64,000 nt of DNA from positions 26,346 through 90,345 of the forward strand of contig JAEOTM010000057.1 of assembly GCA_016839815.1 (NCBI GenBank), written 5' to 3'. Below are positions 39,873 to 48,877 of the stretch, in pieces. The notes under the pieces were generated by a model, which worked only from the letters and a program-made list of their open reading frames with translations, searched no databases and was not told the DNA's origin. The DNA comes from Candidatus Hodarchaeota archaeon. GTDB taxonomy: Archaea > Asgardarchaeota > Heimdallarchaeia > Hodarchaeales > Hodarchaeaceae. Numbering within the stretch: position 1 is the stretch's first letter; every line of letters starts with the position of its first letter. Both the position numbers and the translations under genes were made by a program.

Positions 39873-41113
39873 TAAAAATGAAATTTTTACTCTATCCAGA
39901 ACTTGAAGCACGATTAAAAAACATACCTTTCCAAGAGGATCCTTTACCCCTATTTGGACGGTCTTTTGATGATTTTACTGTATTTCATTTGGTTGATTTG
40001 ACATCTACCAGCAATGATATTTATCAAATCGGATATCTCTCGACAGAAACAACAAATTCCAATTTTTCCATGACTTTTCCCTTTATTAATCTGACTCTTG
40101 ATAATAAAACATTTAAGATAACAAAGATCACCATTCATAGAAATAAAGACAATATTGAATCATTAGATGAGTTTGAAATAGAATCCATTGATCTTGAACG
40201 ACTATTTGTACGTATTGATCAAGAAGAAACCCCTTTAAATATATTAAGAACAAAAACGGTCGCCATTATTGGAATGGGATCAGGTGGTTCCCTTTTGGCT
40301 TTATATCTGGCAAAAACAGGTATTAAGAGCTTTATCCTCATCGATGATGACCAACTTGAAGTCCATAATATTATACGTCACATTTCTGATCTTTCCCAGC
40401 TCGGTAGGTACAAAACTAAAGCAGTTAAAGACTTTATTCGAAAGAGATTACCAGAAACTCAAATAAAAACTATAGAACGAAAATTTGTATTGCACACAAG
40501 AGCTGATGCAGACTTTTTCCTTGAGATCTTCAAAGATATTGATCTACTAATTGCTGTTTCCGGAGAACACGACGTTAACTTTGCAATCAACGATTTTGTA
40601 CATATAAATGACTTGAAATTTCCTGTTATCTATGCAGGAACATTTGATGGAGTAAAAGGGGGATTAATGTTCAAAGTGGATAAGCGTGAAGATGATCTCT
40701 GTTATCATTGCGTTTATGCTGATACTTTAACTTATCCTTTGTCAGACGGTGACCCTCAAGGAAGTATTCCGACAACAAGTGAGCTAGAGAAGAAGATTGT
40801 ATATGATCGGACCATGCAAGAACAACTTGCTCAACCAGGATTAGGATTAGATATTGATAACATAACTCTCCTCCTCTCAAAATTTTGCTTGGATACTCTG
40901 CTTAAGGGTCATGAACATGGATTATATCACTTCCCTTTCAATTTTTATCTCTGGTATAACAGAACTATCTTAAAACCTGATTCAGAGGAGATTAAGTTTG
41001 AAGGACTCGAATTGTGTTACTATGAGGATTTAGAGAAGAGTAAGGAATGTCCCTTCCACGGAAATCAGGTTGGATCAGATTCAGACACTGATAAAACTGA
41101 ATTTAATCGTTAA
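39869..41113 (+). CDS. ThiF/MoeB/E1-family adenylyltransferase
   Basis: IIGMGSGGS, LIDDDQLEVHNIIRH, GRYKT, Zn site CYHC...CPFH, QPGLGLDI. Confidence 0.92.
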   Translation: MIKMKFLLYPELEARLKNIPFQEDPLPLFGRSFDDFTVFHLVDLTSTSNDIYQIGYLSTETTNSNFSMTFPFINLTLDNKTFKITKITIHRNKDNIESLDEFEIESIDLERLFVRIDQEETPLNILRTKTVAIIGMGSGGSLLALYLAKTGIKSFILIDDDQLEVHNIIRHISDLSQLGRYKTKAVKDFIRKRLPETQIKTIERKFVLHTRADADFFLEIFKDIDLLIAVSGEHDVNFAINDFVHINDLKFPVIYAGTFDGVKGGLMFKVDKREDDLCYHCVYADTLTYPLSDGDPQGSIPTTSELEKKIVYDRTMQEQLAQPGLGLDIDNITLLLSKFCLDTLLKGHEHGLYHFPFNFYLWYNRTILKPDSEEIKFEGLELCYYEDLEKSKECPFHGNQVGSDSDTDKTEFNR

Positions 41114-41141
41114 AATAAAAATTAATAGAAGTTGAGAGAGC

Positions 41142-41576
41142 TTGTCACTTAGAGGTAACTTAGTCGATAGGGAATTGGAAAGTTTACGGAAAATTTTTCC
41201 TGATATACATAAGAAAGACTTTCTTCAGCTGAAAAACAAGAATAAATGTGTACAAGTCAGCTTTATTACTACAGGCAAATATGCCTGTGGACATTTCGAT
41301 GTACTTATCGAATTTCCTTATAATTATCCAGTAGGATCACCCCTTGTGTGGGTTCAAAGACCCCGAATCCCAAAAAATACGCCACACGTATATGGATGGG
41401 ATAAAGATGGACACGCAAGTATTTGTTATCTTAGACCCAAGAAAGATTGGCGTATGCACTATAGTTCATATGAAACAGCTCTCATGGTAGAAGCTTGGTT
41501 GAAGACATATTGCAGATGGACAAAAACAAGCATTTGGGATTGGCCAGAAGCAGGTGTACTTGATCACATATTTTAA
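41142..41576 (+). CDS. E2/UBC-fold conjugating enzyme (paralog 1)
   Basis: LIEFPYNYPVGSPLVW, PHVY...SICYLRPKKDW with catalytic Cys. Confidence 0.85.
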   Translation: MSLRGNLVDRELESLRKIFPDIHKKDFLQLKNKNKCVQVSFITTGKYACGHFDVLIEFPYNYPVGSPLVWVQRPRIPKNTPHVYGWDKDGHASICYLRPKKDWRMHYSSYETALMVEAWLKTYCRWTKTSIWDWPEAGVLDHIF

Positions 41577-41607
41577 TAAATGAAATACTGAATAGGGAAA
41601 TACCAAA

Positions 41608-42012
41608 TTGAGACGGACAGTTGAGAATGAATTACATGAACTAAAGGGAGTATTTCCAGGATTAACTCGTAAAGATTTCTACTATCTTGACAATGGAAAT
41701 ATTGCTGTACAGGTAAAGTATTCCACCACTGGACAGTATGCTCATGGTACATTTACTGTATTGATTGAGTTCCCCCATAATTATCCGAATGCTCCACCCC
41801 GAGCTTGGATTATGGAACCAACCATTTCCAGTCGTACACATCATATCTATGGACGAGATAAGTACGGACATACTGAAATATGTTACCTTCGACCTCAAAA
41901 AGATTGGCACTTCACCTTTACATCTTATGATGCAGCAATTATGATTCAAACTTGGATTTGGGCATACTGTCGATGGAGAAAGGTTGGTATTTGGGATTGG
42001 AAAGAAGCTTAA
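41608..42012 (+). CDS. E2/UBC-fold conjugating enzyme (paralog 2)
   Basis: LIEFPHNYPNAPPRAW, HHIY...EICYLRPQKDW with catalytic Cys. Confidence 0.85.
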   Translation: MRRTVENELHELKGVFPGLTRKDFYYLDNGNIAVQVKYSTTGQYAHGTFTVLIEFPHNYPNAPPRAWIMEPTISSRTHHIYGRDKYGHTEICYLRPQKDWHFTFTSYDAAIMIQTWIWAYCRWRKVGIWDWKEA

Positions 42013-42047
42013 CTGATAATTTTTTCCTCATTAAAGCCTAGCTCCTC

Positions 42048-42067
42048 TTTCTGATAATTATCAGAAA
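42048..42067. promoter_or_regulatory. Perfect 20-bp palindrome between the E2 operon and moxR
   Basis: tttctgataa|ttatcagaaa. Confidence 0.5.
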
Positions 42068-42390
42068 AATTTAATTTAATTTCGAAAATTAGTAAATATT
42101 TTCACATAAAGACTTCACATAACTTCGCCTGCACTATATAAGTCGAAACACTTCTCGTTTCTCAAAAGAAATGTGAACAGACAACTTAAGATACTAGAAA
42201 CACCAAATTATTGACAATAATTCCCATTATTAGGTAGAAAATCATTAACTTTTCTTTTAATGATTAATTATTAAATTTACATCCAAAGATTTATTCTTTT
42301 GAATTAATTTCAAGCAATTCCTAAATGCATCTGCCGAAATCCTGAAAATCCTCTCTCAGTAAAAGCCTAATATAGGAGGATCCTCCCTCA

Positions 42391-43350
42391 ATGAATATCC
42401 AAGAAGCCGTTGACACTTGTAACACCATTTTAAGTGAAGTAAACAAACATATAATTGGGAAGGACTCAGTTTTAAAACATGTTATGCTTTGTTTACTCGC
42501 AGATGGGCATATATTATTTGAAGATTATCCAGGACTAGCTAAAACCATGATCTGTAGATCTTTTGCCTCTGTTCTTGGATGTGACTTTAATCGGATTCAA
42601 TTTACGCCGGATCTTTTACCCCAAGATCTTACTGGGTCTGAAATTTATAATCAAAAGTCAAATGACTTTGAATTCAAACCTGGTCCCTTATTTGCTGATA
42701 TTATTTTAGCCGATGAAATCAACAGAGCAACTCCAAAGACTCAGAGTGCTTTATTGGAAGCTATGGGTGAATACCAAGTGTCTATTGGAGGTAATACACA
42801 TCAGCTTATTAGTGATGAGAAACCTTTCGTAGTAGTTGCAACACAGAATCCACTTGAATTAGAAGGAACATTTGCTCTTCCTGAGGCTCAAGTCGATCGA
42901 TTTCTAGCTAAGATTCGAATTGGTTATCCATCAAAACTTGATGAAGCGAAAATTCTTACTAATCGCATTGATCGGAAATCTAAATCCTTTACTCTCCCCC
43001 AAATTATTACAAAAGGTGTGTTTCGTGAAATGCAAAAGGTTGTAGAAACTGTCTCTGTTTCTGATGAGATCAAATCTTATATCGTAGATATCGTTGATTA
43101 TACTCGAAAAGCTCCTCAGGTAAGAGTAGGAGCTTCTCCACGCGGATCGTTAGATCTTATGTCATTAGCTAGAGCTAATGCAGTACTAAAGGGGAGAGAT
43201 TACGTTATTCCTCACGATGTCAAAGAATTAGCCACTCTAACCTTAGCTCATCGGATTATCCTAGACATCGGATCATTTATTGCAGGTGGTTCTTCAGAAG
43301 AAATTGTTTCAAGGATTTTAACAAAAGTTGACGCACCCAGGAAAGAGTAG
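42391..43350 (+). CDS. moxR: MoxR-family AAA+ ATPase
   Basis: EDYPGLAKT, RIQFTPDLLP, DEINRA, ATQNPLE, GASPRGS. Confidence 0.95.
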   Translation: MNIQEAVDTCNTILSEVNKHIIGKDSVLKHVMLCLLADGHILFEDYPGLAKTMICRSFASVLGCDFNRIQFTPDLLPQDLTGSEIYNQKSNDFEFKPGPLFADIILADEINRATPKTQSALLEAMGEYQVSIGGNTHQLISDEKPFVVVATQNPLELEGTFALPEAQVDRFLAKIRIGYPSKLDEAKILTNRIDRKSKSFTLPQIITKGVFREMQKVVETVSVSDEIKSYIVDIVDYTRKAPQVRVGASPRGSLDLMSLARANAVLKGRDYVIPHDVKELATLTLAHRIILDIGSFIAGGSSEEIVSRILTKVDAPRKE

Positions 43351-43352
43351 TT

Positions 43353-44246
43353 GTGGTTGATAAGAGATTCGAACCGCTGAGAAGAAAGGAAACTGTGCTC
43401 TTCTTTTTCCTCCTTCTATGCTTGGCGATTTTCCAAATAACTATGGAATTATTACATGGGAGAAGGCAAGAAAATCCAATTCTCCAGTTTGATCTTCCTA
43501 TCTTCGAGATAATTGCCATAGCGATTCCACTCTTAATTCTAATTTGGATTTTATTAAAATTAGAATTCCCCTTTCGAGTCTTCAAACCGATTTCAATCTG
43601 GTTAGTCGTAATGCTGCTCGTATTCATGATGGCATCATTGATAACAGGTTCAGATTATACTCCACAGGACTTCAACCCTTTTGAGACATCAACCGAAGAT
43701 ATCACTCAAGTAACAACGTTTATTACAGAAAATCCCACGGAGACCGATATATCCGAGACAACAACCACTACTCGAAAAACACGATCACCACTTTTGACCT
43801 TACCGATGCTTGAAGATATTCAAAACTCATTCTTTATCATCCTGATTTTGATATCAGCTGTTATTATCCTTCGAACAGATAGAAAAAGGAAGATGATGCC
43901 TCCTAAATCCACCCATTCTATAGAAGAATTTCAGAAGGTACGTAAAGAATTCGAAGGTGCTCCCAGAAACATAATTGAGTGCTATTATCAAGCTTCTGAC
44001 CACTTAGAAGGAAAAGGTGCAGATAAATCCTACCATCTAACTCCATTCGAATTTAAGGATGACGTAGGGGAGAAAAAATTAATTTCCGATGATAGCTTCA
44101 ATGAGTTAACAAATTTATTTACCGAAGCGAAATTTTCAGAACATGAGATATCAAACATAACTGTCCATCGAGCCAAAGAGGTCTCGCAGCATATTATTTT
44201 TGAATCCTCTCAGAACGATACAGATACTTCGGAGGAAGAAGAATGA
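43353..44246 (+). CDS. DUF4129-like membrane protein
   Basis: TM helices and T-rich linker; C-terminal LTPFEF...LTNLFTEAKFS; MoxR operon context. Confidence 0.75.
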   Translation: MVDKRFEPLRRKETVLFFFLLLCLAIFQITMELLHGRRQENPILQFDLPIFEIIAIAIPLLILIWILLKLEFPFRVFKPISIWLVVMLLVFMMASLITGSDYTPQDFNPFETSTEDITQVTTFITENPTETDISETTTTTRKTRSPLLTLPMLEDIQNSFFIILILISAVIILRTDRKRKMMPPKSTHSIEEFQKVRKEFEGAPRNIIECYYQASDHLEGKGADKSYHLTPFEFKDDVGEKKLISDDSFNELTNLFTEAKFSEHEISNITVHRAKEVSQHIIFESSQNDTDTSEEEE

Positions 44247-44842
44247 GTTTGACCTTTGATATAGTAGATTTCTTATTCTCATTCTATTTTTACATCTTTC
44301 TTTGGATTTTATTAGTAATTTTAACCTTTTTTCTATTGAGAAAACTCCTACAAGATTATAAACATCAACGATTAATAACGAATTCAAAAAACCTGGTTGA
44401 ATCCGAAGATAAGAAATTGAAATTGTCAGAAATTAGATTTTTCCTTGAGCAAGATAGTCATTTCCTTGATAAGCAATTCAAAAAAGGGATGAGTGAGTAC
44501 AAAGATCGTTCTTTAACAAATAGCCCCTTATTTGAGAATATATTTGACCTTTTAAATACGAGAAATATCAAGAAAGACTTTGTAATTCTGCTAGCAACTG
44601 AAATGAAAAAATTGAGAGGCAGAAATGACTTTTTGACTGATGCACTAGGGTCTGAATTAAATTTATTTATTGATAACCCTGATTCGTGGATAGAACGCTT
44701 CATAATTGAATCTTCTAATACGAAAGAGCAGGAAGACCAGTTAAGAAAGGTTAGGGCTATCTTAAATCAGTATATAAAAAAGTTTATCGAAACAATGAAG
44801 ATCCCCGAATTGAATTTTTATTTACAAAAAGACCTAACATGA
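44243..44842 (+). CDS. Hypothetical single-TM protein of the MoxR operon
   Basis: Overlapping start/stop with the upstream gene; N-terminal TM. Confidence 0.7.
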   Translation: MSLTFDIVDFLFSFYFYIFLWILLVILTFFLLRKLLQDYKHQRLITNSKNLVESEDKKLKLSEIRFFLEQDSHFLDKQFKKGMSEYKDRSLTNSPLFENIFDLLNTRNIKKDFVILLATEMKKLRGRNDFLTDALGSELNLFIDNPDSWIERFIIESSNTKEQEDQLRKVRAILNQYIKKFIETMKIPELNFYLQKDLT

Positions 44843-44851
44843 GGTAATCCC

Positions 44852-46144
44852 TTGAACAACTACAAACAAATTTTGTTTTTAACGACCTCATTACTGATCA
44901 TTGTACTTCTCTCTTTATTAACAGGGGCTCCAACCCTATCTGGTATTGCTTTACCGATATTGTGTTATCTTTTCTTCTTTTTGTTAACCCAAGAGGTCAC
45001 CATTGATAAAGTTCAGATTACTCGGACTATTTCATCAGACCGGTGTTATATCGGTGATGAGATTGAAGTAAAACTGACCATCACAAATAACGGTCCTGCT
45101 ATTCCTTTACTCGAAATAGTTGATCTGACTGCGGAAAGATGTACAATCTCCTCTGGAAGTAATCATTTACAGATCCAAATTGAAGAAAATGAGACAATTG
45201 AACGGACATATAAATTGAAACTTCATCATCGGGGAAGATACGCAATCGGTCCTCTTTTTCTGAAGGGAAGTGATCTTTTTGACAAAAAGTCAAATTATCG
45301 AAAAATCAGTTCGGTTCAATTAGTTACATGTGTACCTGACTTCGTAAAGCTACAAACTCTACCAATTTCACGTGATAAACTGCTACCATTAGGAGGGTCT
45401 ATTCCTTCCCGTATCTATAAGGGAAGAGACTTTGATTTCCAAGGAGTGAGACCTTATCAACCAAATGATGAATTACGCTCAATAAATTGGAGAGTCACTG
45501 CAAAATATAATACTCTGGCCACGAATGAGTATGCACTAAATCAACAATCTCATATCATTATTATTCTGGATCATTCTTCTTCAACAGAGCATATACTCGA
45601 AATAGCTATCAAAGCTACTCTTTCTATAGCGGAATGGGGAATTAGACAACGATCAAAAGTAGAGCTTCTAGCTATTGGAGATTATGTTCGAATTATTAAA
45701 CCATCAGCAAACAAACGCCAGCTTTTATTAATTACTGAACGTTTAGTAGATCTAGAAGCAATTTCTCCACAGTTTGACAATATTATCGAACCTCAAATTA
45801 AGAATAGAGTCTTTCCGAGGTTAGACCAACCTGGTATTCTATTTATTATCTCTCCTTTAGCAGATAGGGCAATCAACAATTCTGTTAAGAAGATAATAGA
45901 ATCAAGAAAGCAAGTAATATGGGTTAATCCAAGATTAGATTATGTTTATGAAACAATAGATGCATCTAAACTCCAAAGAAAAGTTTCAAAAGAGTTGGTT
46001 GAATCTTTCACAAATGTTTTACTGAATCTCATTAGAATCAACACTCAACATGAGTTTGAAAAGATACCTAGATTTAACTGGTATCCCGAAGGTCCTGATT
46101 ACGACTCTCTGAGTTCATTAAGTAAACTGGGTGCACAAAATTGA
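44852..46144 (+). CDS. DUF58 (vWA-like) protein
   Basis: DFQGVRPYQPNDELRSINWRVTAK, ILDHSSS. Confidence 0.9.
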   Translation: MNNYKQILFLTTSLLIIVLLSLLTGAPTLSGIALPILCYLFFFLLTQEVTIDKVQITRTISSDRCYIGDEIEVKLTITNNGPAIPLLEIVDLTAERCTISSGSNHLQIQIEENETIERTYKLKLHHRGRYAIGPLFLKGSDLFDKKSNYRKISSVQLVTCVPDFVKLQTLPISRDKLLPLGGSIPSRIYKGRDFDFQGVRPYQPNDELRSINWRVTAKYNTLATNEYALNQQSHIIIILDHSSSTEHILEIAIKATLSIAEWGIRQRSKVELLAIGDYVRIIKPSANKRQLLLITERLVDLEAISPQFDNIIEPQIKNRVFPRLDQPGILFIISPLADRAINNSVKKIIESRKQVIWVNPRLDYVYETIDASKLQRKVSKELVESFTNVLLNLIRINTQHEFEKIPRFNWYPEGPDYDSLSSLSKLGAQN

Positions 46145-46737
46145 GATTATCCATCAAATTGTTATTAAGTAAACTACTTCTGTTGGCAACGTGGTTGCCA
46201 TTTGGGTATTTCCCACTTTTTATTGGTTTGAGTAACTATATCTGGACTAGGGGATCAGATTTGTTACCAGTATTCTTAACTGAAGCATTCTTGATTGCGC
46301 TCGGGGTTAATGGAATATCAGGACTTATTACCTTTAAGAAACAACTCTATGCGAAAGAGATGGCACTCGCTATCCTAATAATAGGAATCATCCCAAATCT
46401 CCAAACATCATTACTTGCAGCATTAAATGTGACATTAGTTTTCTTTTTTTGGAATATATGGGTATTGGGGGAAAAATATGCCCAATTTAATAGTGAATAT
46501 AATTATCCACAGGGAAGTATTGAGAAACAAGATATTAATATCGCCTATCAGCAACAGCTCCAAGGTTTTTTTATTATTGGCTGGTTGATTCTATTAGGGT
46601 CATGGATGATTATTTTTATCAGTGAAACCATCGTTGTAGATCTTGGTGCAACAATGACCATTTCATTCTTTTTAGGTGCAATTATCCTTCTTCTTATATT
46701 ACTCTCAGAACGCTTAGCACTATTTCCCAAACTCTAG
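46141..46737 (+). CDS. Hypothetical multi-TM protein
   Basis: Multiple hydrophobic helices; translationally coupled to DUF58. Confidence 0.7.
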   Translation: MRLSIKLLLSKLLLLATWLPFGYFPLFIGLSNYIWTRGSDLLPVFLTEAFLIALGVNGISGLITFKKQLYAKEMALAILIIGIIPNLQTSLLAALNVTLVFFFWNIWVLGEKYAQFNSEYNYPQGSIEKQDINIAYQQQLQGFFIIGWLILLGSWMIIFISETIVVDLGATMTISFFLGAIILLLILLSERLALFPKL

Positions 46738-46832
46738 ATCAGATGATCTTGAGTTTAGATATATTTTTATCACATTCCTAATGGAATCAATGGTAGTACT
46801 TTCTTAATAAATGACAATTTAGGGTATGTTGA

Positions 46833-48206
46833 ATGTCTTGGGCTTTAGAAAAGGTAAGTGAATTTCAAGTCTTAATTTACGTTCCAGATGAAGAGGGGAA
46901 GTTGACTCTTTCAAGGCATAAAATCTTAGTTCTTGCTTTGTATATTAGTGCATTTATACTCACATTCTTCCATTTTGCCAATATTCCCCCTGAAGTAGTA
47001 CAAGATATCCAAGCTTCAGCAGCTGGTGGTACATCCATCACTATACCTTCTTCTCCCCGATTGGGGCTAGCTATGCTCTTTTATTTTTACATCTCATTCA
47101 TTGCTTTTATGACAATATTTAAAGGTGGATCAGTACCGAATCTCCTATCCCGTCCTCATTTTCCAGCCATGAGAAGGCGTTATAAGATCTTATCCGTCAT
47201 CATCGGGTTTATCTTTCTTAATGCCATTCTCTTCATTGTATATTTAGCTCTTGTCTCTTCCTCCTTTGTGATTATACTGACTGGTCCAGTTCTATATATT
47301 CTCTGGACTGTTTTAGAGCCATTTTTCCTACTAAGTGGACTGATGGCGATAATTAGAATTATTGAGGCTGATTATCCCCAATCAGGTTTCTCACCTAGGG
47401 GAAAACGGGCATTACTTCTGGTTTTTATCCTAGGCTATCTAACTCCAATCATCTTTACGCTATTTCTCCTTATGACGTCTACAGGAACAGAATTTAGTGA
47501 AGTAACAATTTTTGGACAAACTTTTTCTTTTTACAATCCTGCAATTGATTCATTTTCCCGAACATTCACTTCTATCTTATCCATTACTCTCCTCTTTCTA
47601 ATAATATGGTGGATCAAAGATAAATTTCGAGGTTCCTCCCCTATTCGTGAGAGGAAAAAAGGGATGCTTCCTTGGTTTTTAGGGTTAACACTTATTCTGA
47701 TCATGATTACGGTAGTTCCCCTAATTGCTTCGACTCGAGGTTCACTACAGGACCTTACAAGTATCTTGGATCTTCTTGGTTTATTTGCTGCAGTGATTAT
47801 GGGAGTATGGAATGCAGTAGGTGTGGAAAGAGTTGTTGATCCTTTACGTGGTATTAAACGGTTGAATCCACTAGAATATATCAGTCGCTTACATCCATAT
47901 ACGAAAGCTTTGTTCCTCCTGATCATTTCACTGTTTGCATTCTATGCTTCGCTTGAAAGTAGCACAGTGGCTTTTATAACAGGGAATCCAGATGATTTAA
48001 AATTACAAAAATTAAATTTACTTGCGGCTTTTATTGGTGCGGCATATCTAGTTCTGTTATGGCGCTACAAAGGACAACCACGATCAACAACACCTGGGTT
48101 ACTAAGAAGTACACAAAATCATCTAGAAGGAGGACTTCTTAAAATCCGTTCACTGATTAGTAATGAGACACGAACCCCAGTAAGCCTTTCAATTGAGGAA
48201 GAATGA
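46833..48206 (+). CDS. Hypothetical polytopic membrane protein
   Basis: 457-aa ORF with about 10 TM segments; no recognised family. Confidence 0.75.
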   Translation: MSWALEKVSEFQVLIYVPDEEGKLTLSRHKILVLALYISAFILTFFHFANIPPEVVQDIQASAAGGTSITIPSSPRLGLAMLFYFYISFIAFMTIFKGGSVPNLLSRPHFPAMRRRYKILSVIIGFIFLNAILFIVYLALVSSSFVIILTGPVLYILWTVLEPFFLLSGLMAIIRIIEADYPQSGFSPRGKRALLLVFILGYLTPIIFTLFLLMTSTGTEFSEVTIFGQTFSFYNPAIDSFSRTFTSILSITLLFLIIWWIKDKFRGSSPIRERKKGMLPWFLGLTLILIMITVVPLIASTRGSLQDLTSILDLLGLFAAVIMGVWNAVGVERVVDPLRGIKRLNPLEYISRLHPYTKALFLLIISLFAFYASLESSTVAFITGNPDDLKLQKLNLLAAFIGAAYLVLLWRYKGQPRSTTPGLLRSTQNHLEGGLLKIRSLISNETRTPVSLSIEEE

Positions 48207-48245
48207 TTAATTTACACTATAAAATTAGTTTCTAAATCTAATTCC

Positions 48246-48836
48246 TCATTTTTTCTTTGCCATGGTAAGGTAGGTCCCCTCATCAAGGTAAGCTTGTCTA
48301 ATTATATGCAGATTAGCTTTTCTATGTAATGTACGCATTTCTACCGGAGTAAAAAATGTTGAACCCATCCGAAAGAATTTTTCCATTGATTTAATATAAT
48401 GTCCGAGAATTCTAGAAGGATCAAACTCAACAATGATTGAAAAACCGTGAGTTGGTTCAAGAACTCGCTCAATCTCCTTTAATCCCTCTAATTGATTATC
48501 CCAATGGTGCAAAGAGTCAACAGCAATTATCCGATCAAAATAGAATCCTTCTTCAAAAGGTAAATTTTCTGCATATGCTAGAACAGGTTGGGCATTTGGA
48601 AATTTTTGAATAGCTTGCTGAAGCATCGGTTGTGAAGGGTCTAGAAGCCAAACACGCTGTGCTAAGGAAATTATGGAGGCAATACTCCTTCCAGTACCAG
48701 CACCAATTTCAAGTACCCTCTCTCGGCCTGTTAATTTGAGAGCATCAATAATCTTTTTAGTTGGATCATCCCGGATAAGAAAGTCATAGAGCGGACTAAT
48801 CAAGTCAAAAAACCGTTTGGGAATCCTATATACCAT
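48246..48836 (-). CDS. Class I SAM-dependent methyltransferase (UbiE-like)
   Basis: VLEIGAGTG, AENLPF, SLHHW. Confidence 0.88.
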   Translation of the reverse strand: MVYRIPKRFFDLISPLYDFLIRDDPTKKIIDALKLTGRERVLEIGAGTGRSIASIISLAQRVWLLDPSQPMLQQAIQKFPNAQPVLAYAENLPFEEGFYFDRIIAVDSLHHWDNQLEGLKEIERVLEPTHGFSIIVEFDPSRILGHYIKSMEKFFRMGSTFFTPVEMRTLHRKANLHIIRQAYLDEGTYLTMAKKK

Positions 48837-48877
48837 CCTCTTGAATATTTATGTCTATCAGGATTAAATTAAATTAG

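Noticed and set aside
38925-42012. Calling the operon CBASS, Bil/Bub, or ThiS/MoaD sulfur transfer
   Set aside because: No CD-NTase, effector, Ubl or cofactor-biosynthesis genes are adjacent, and E2s are not part of sulfur-carrier pathways.
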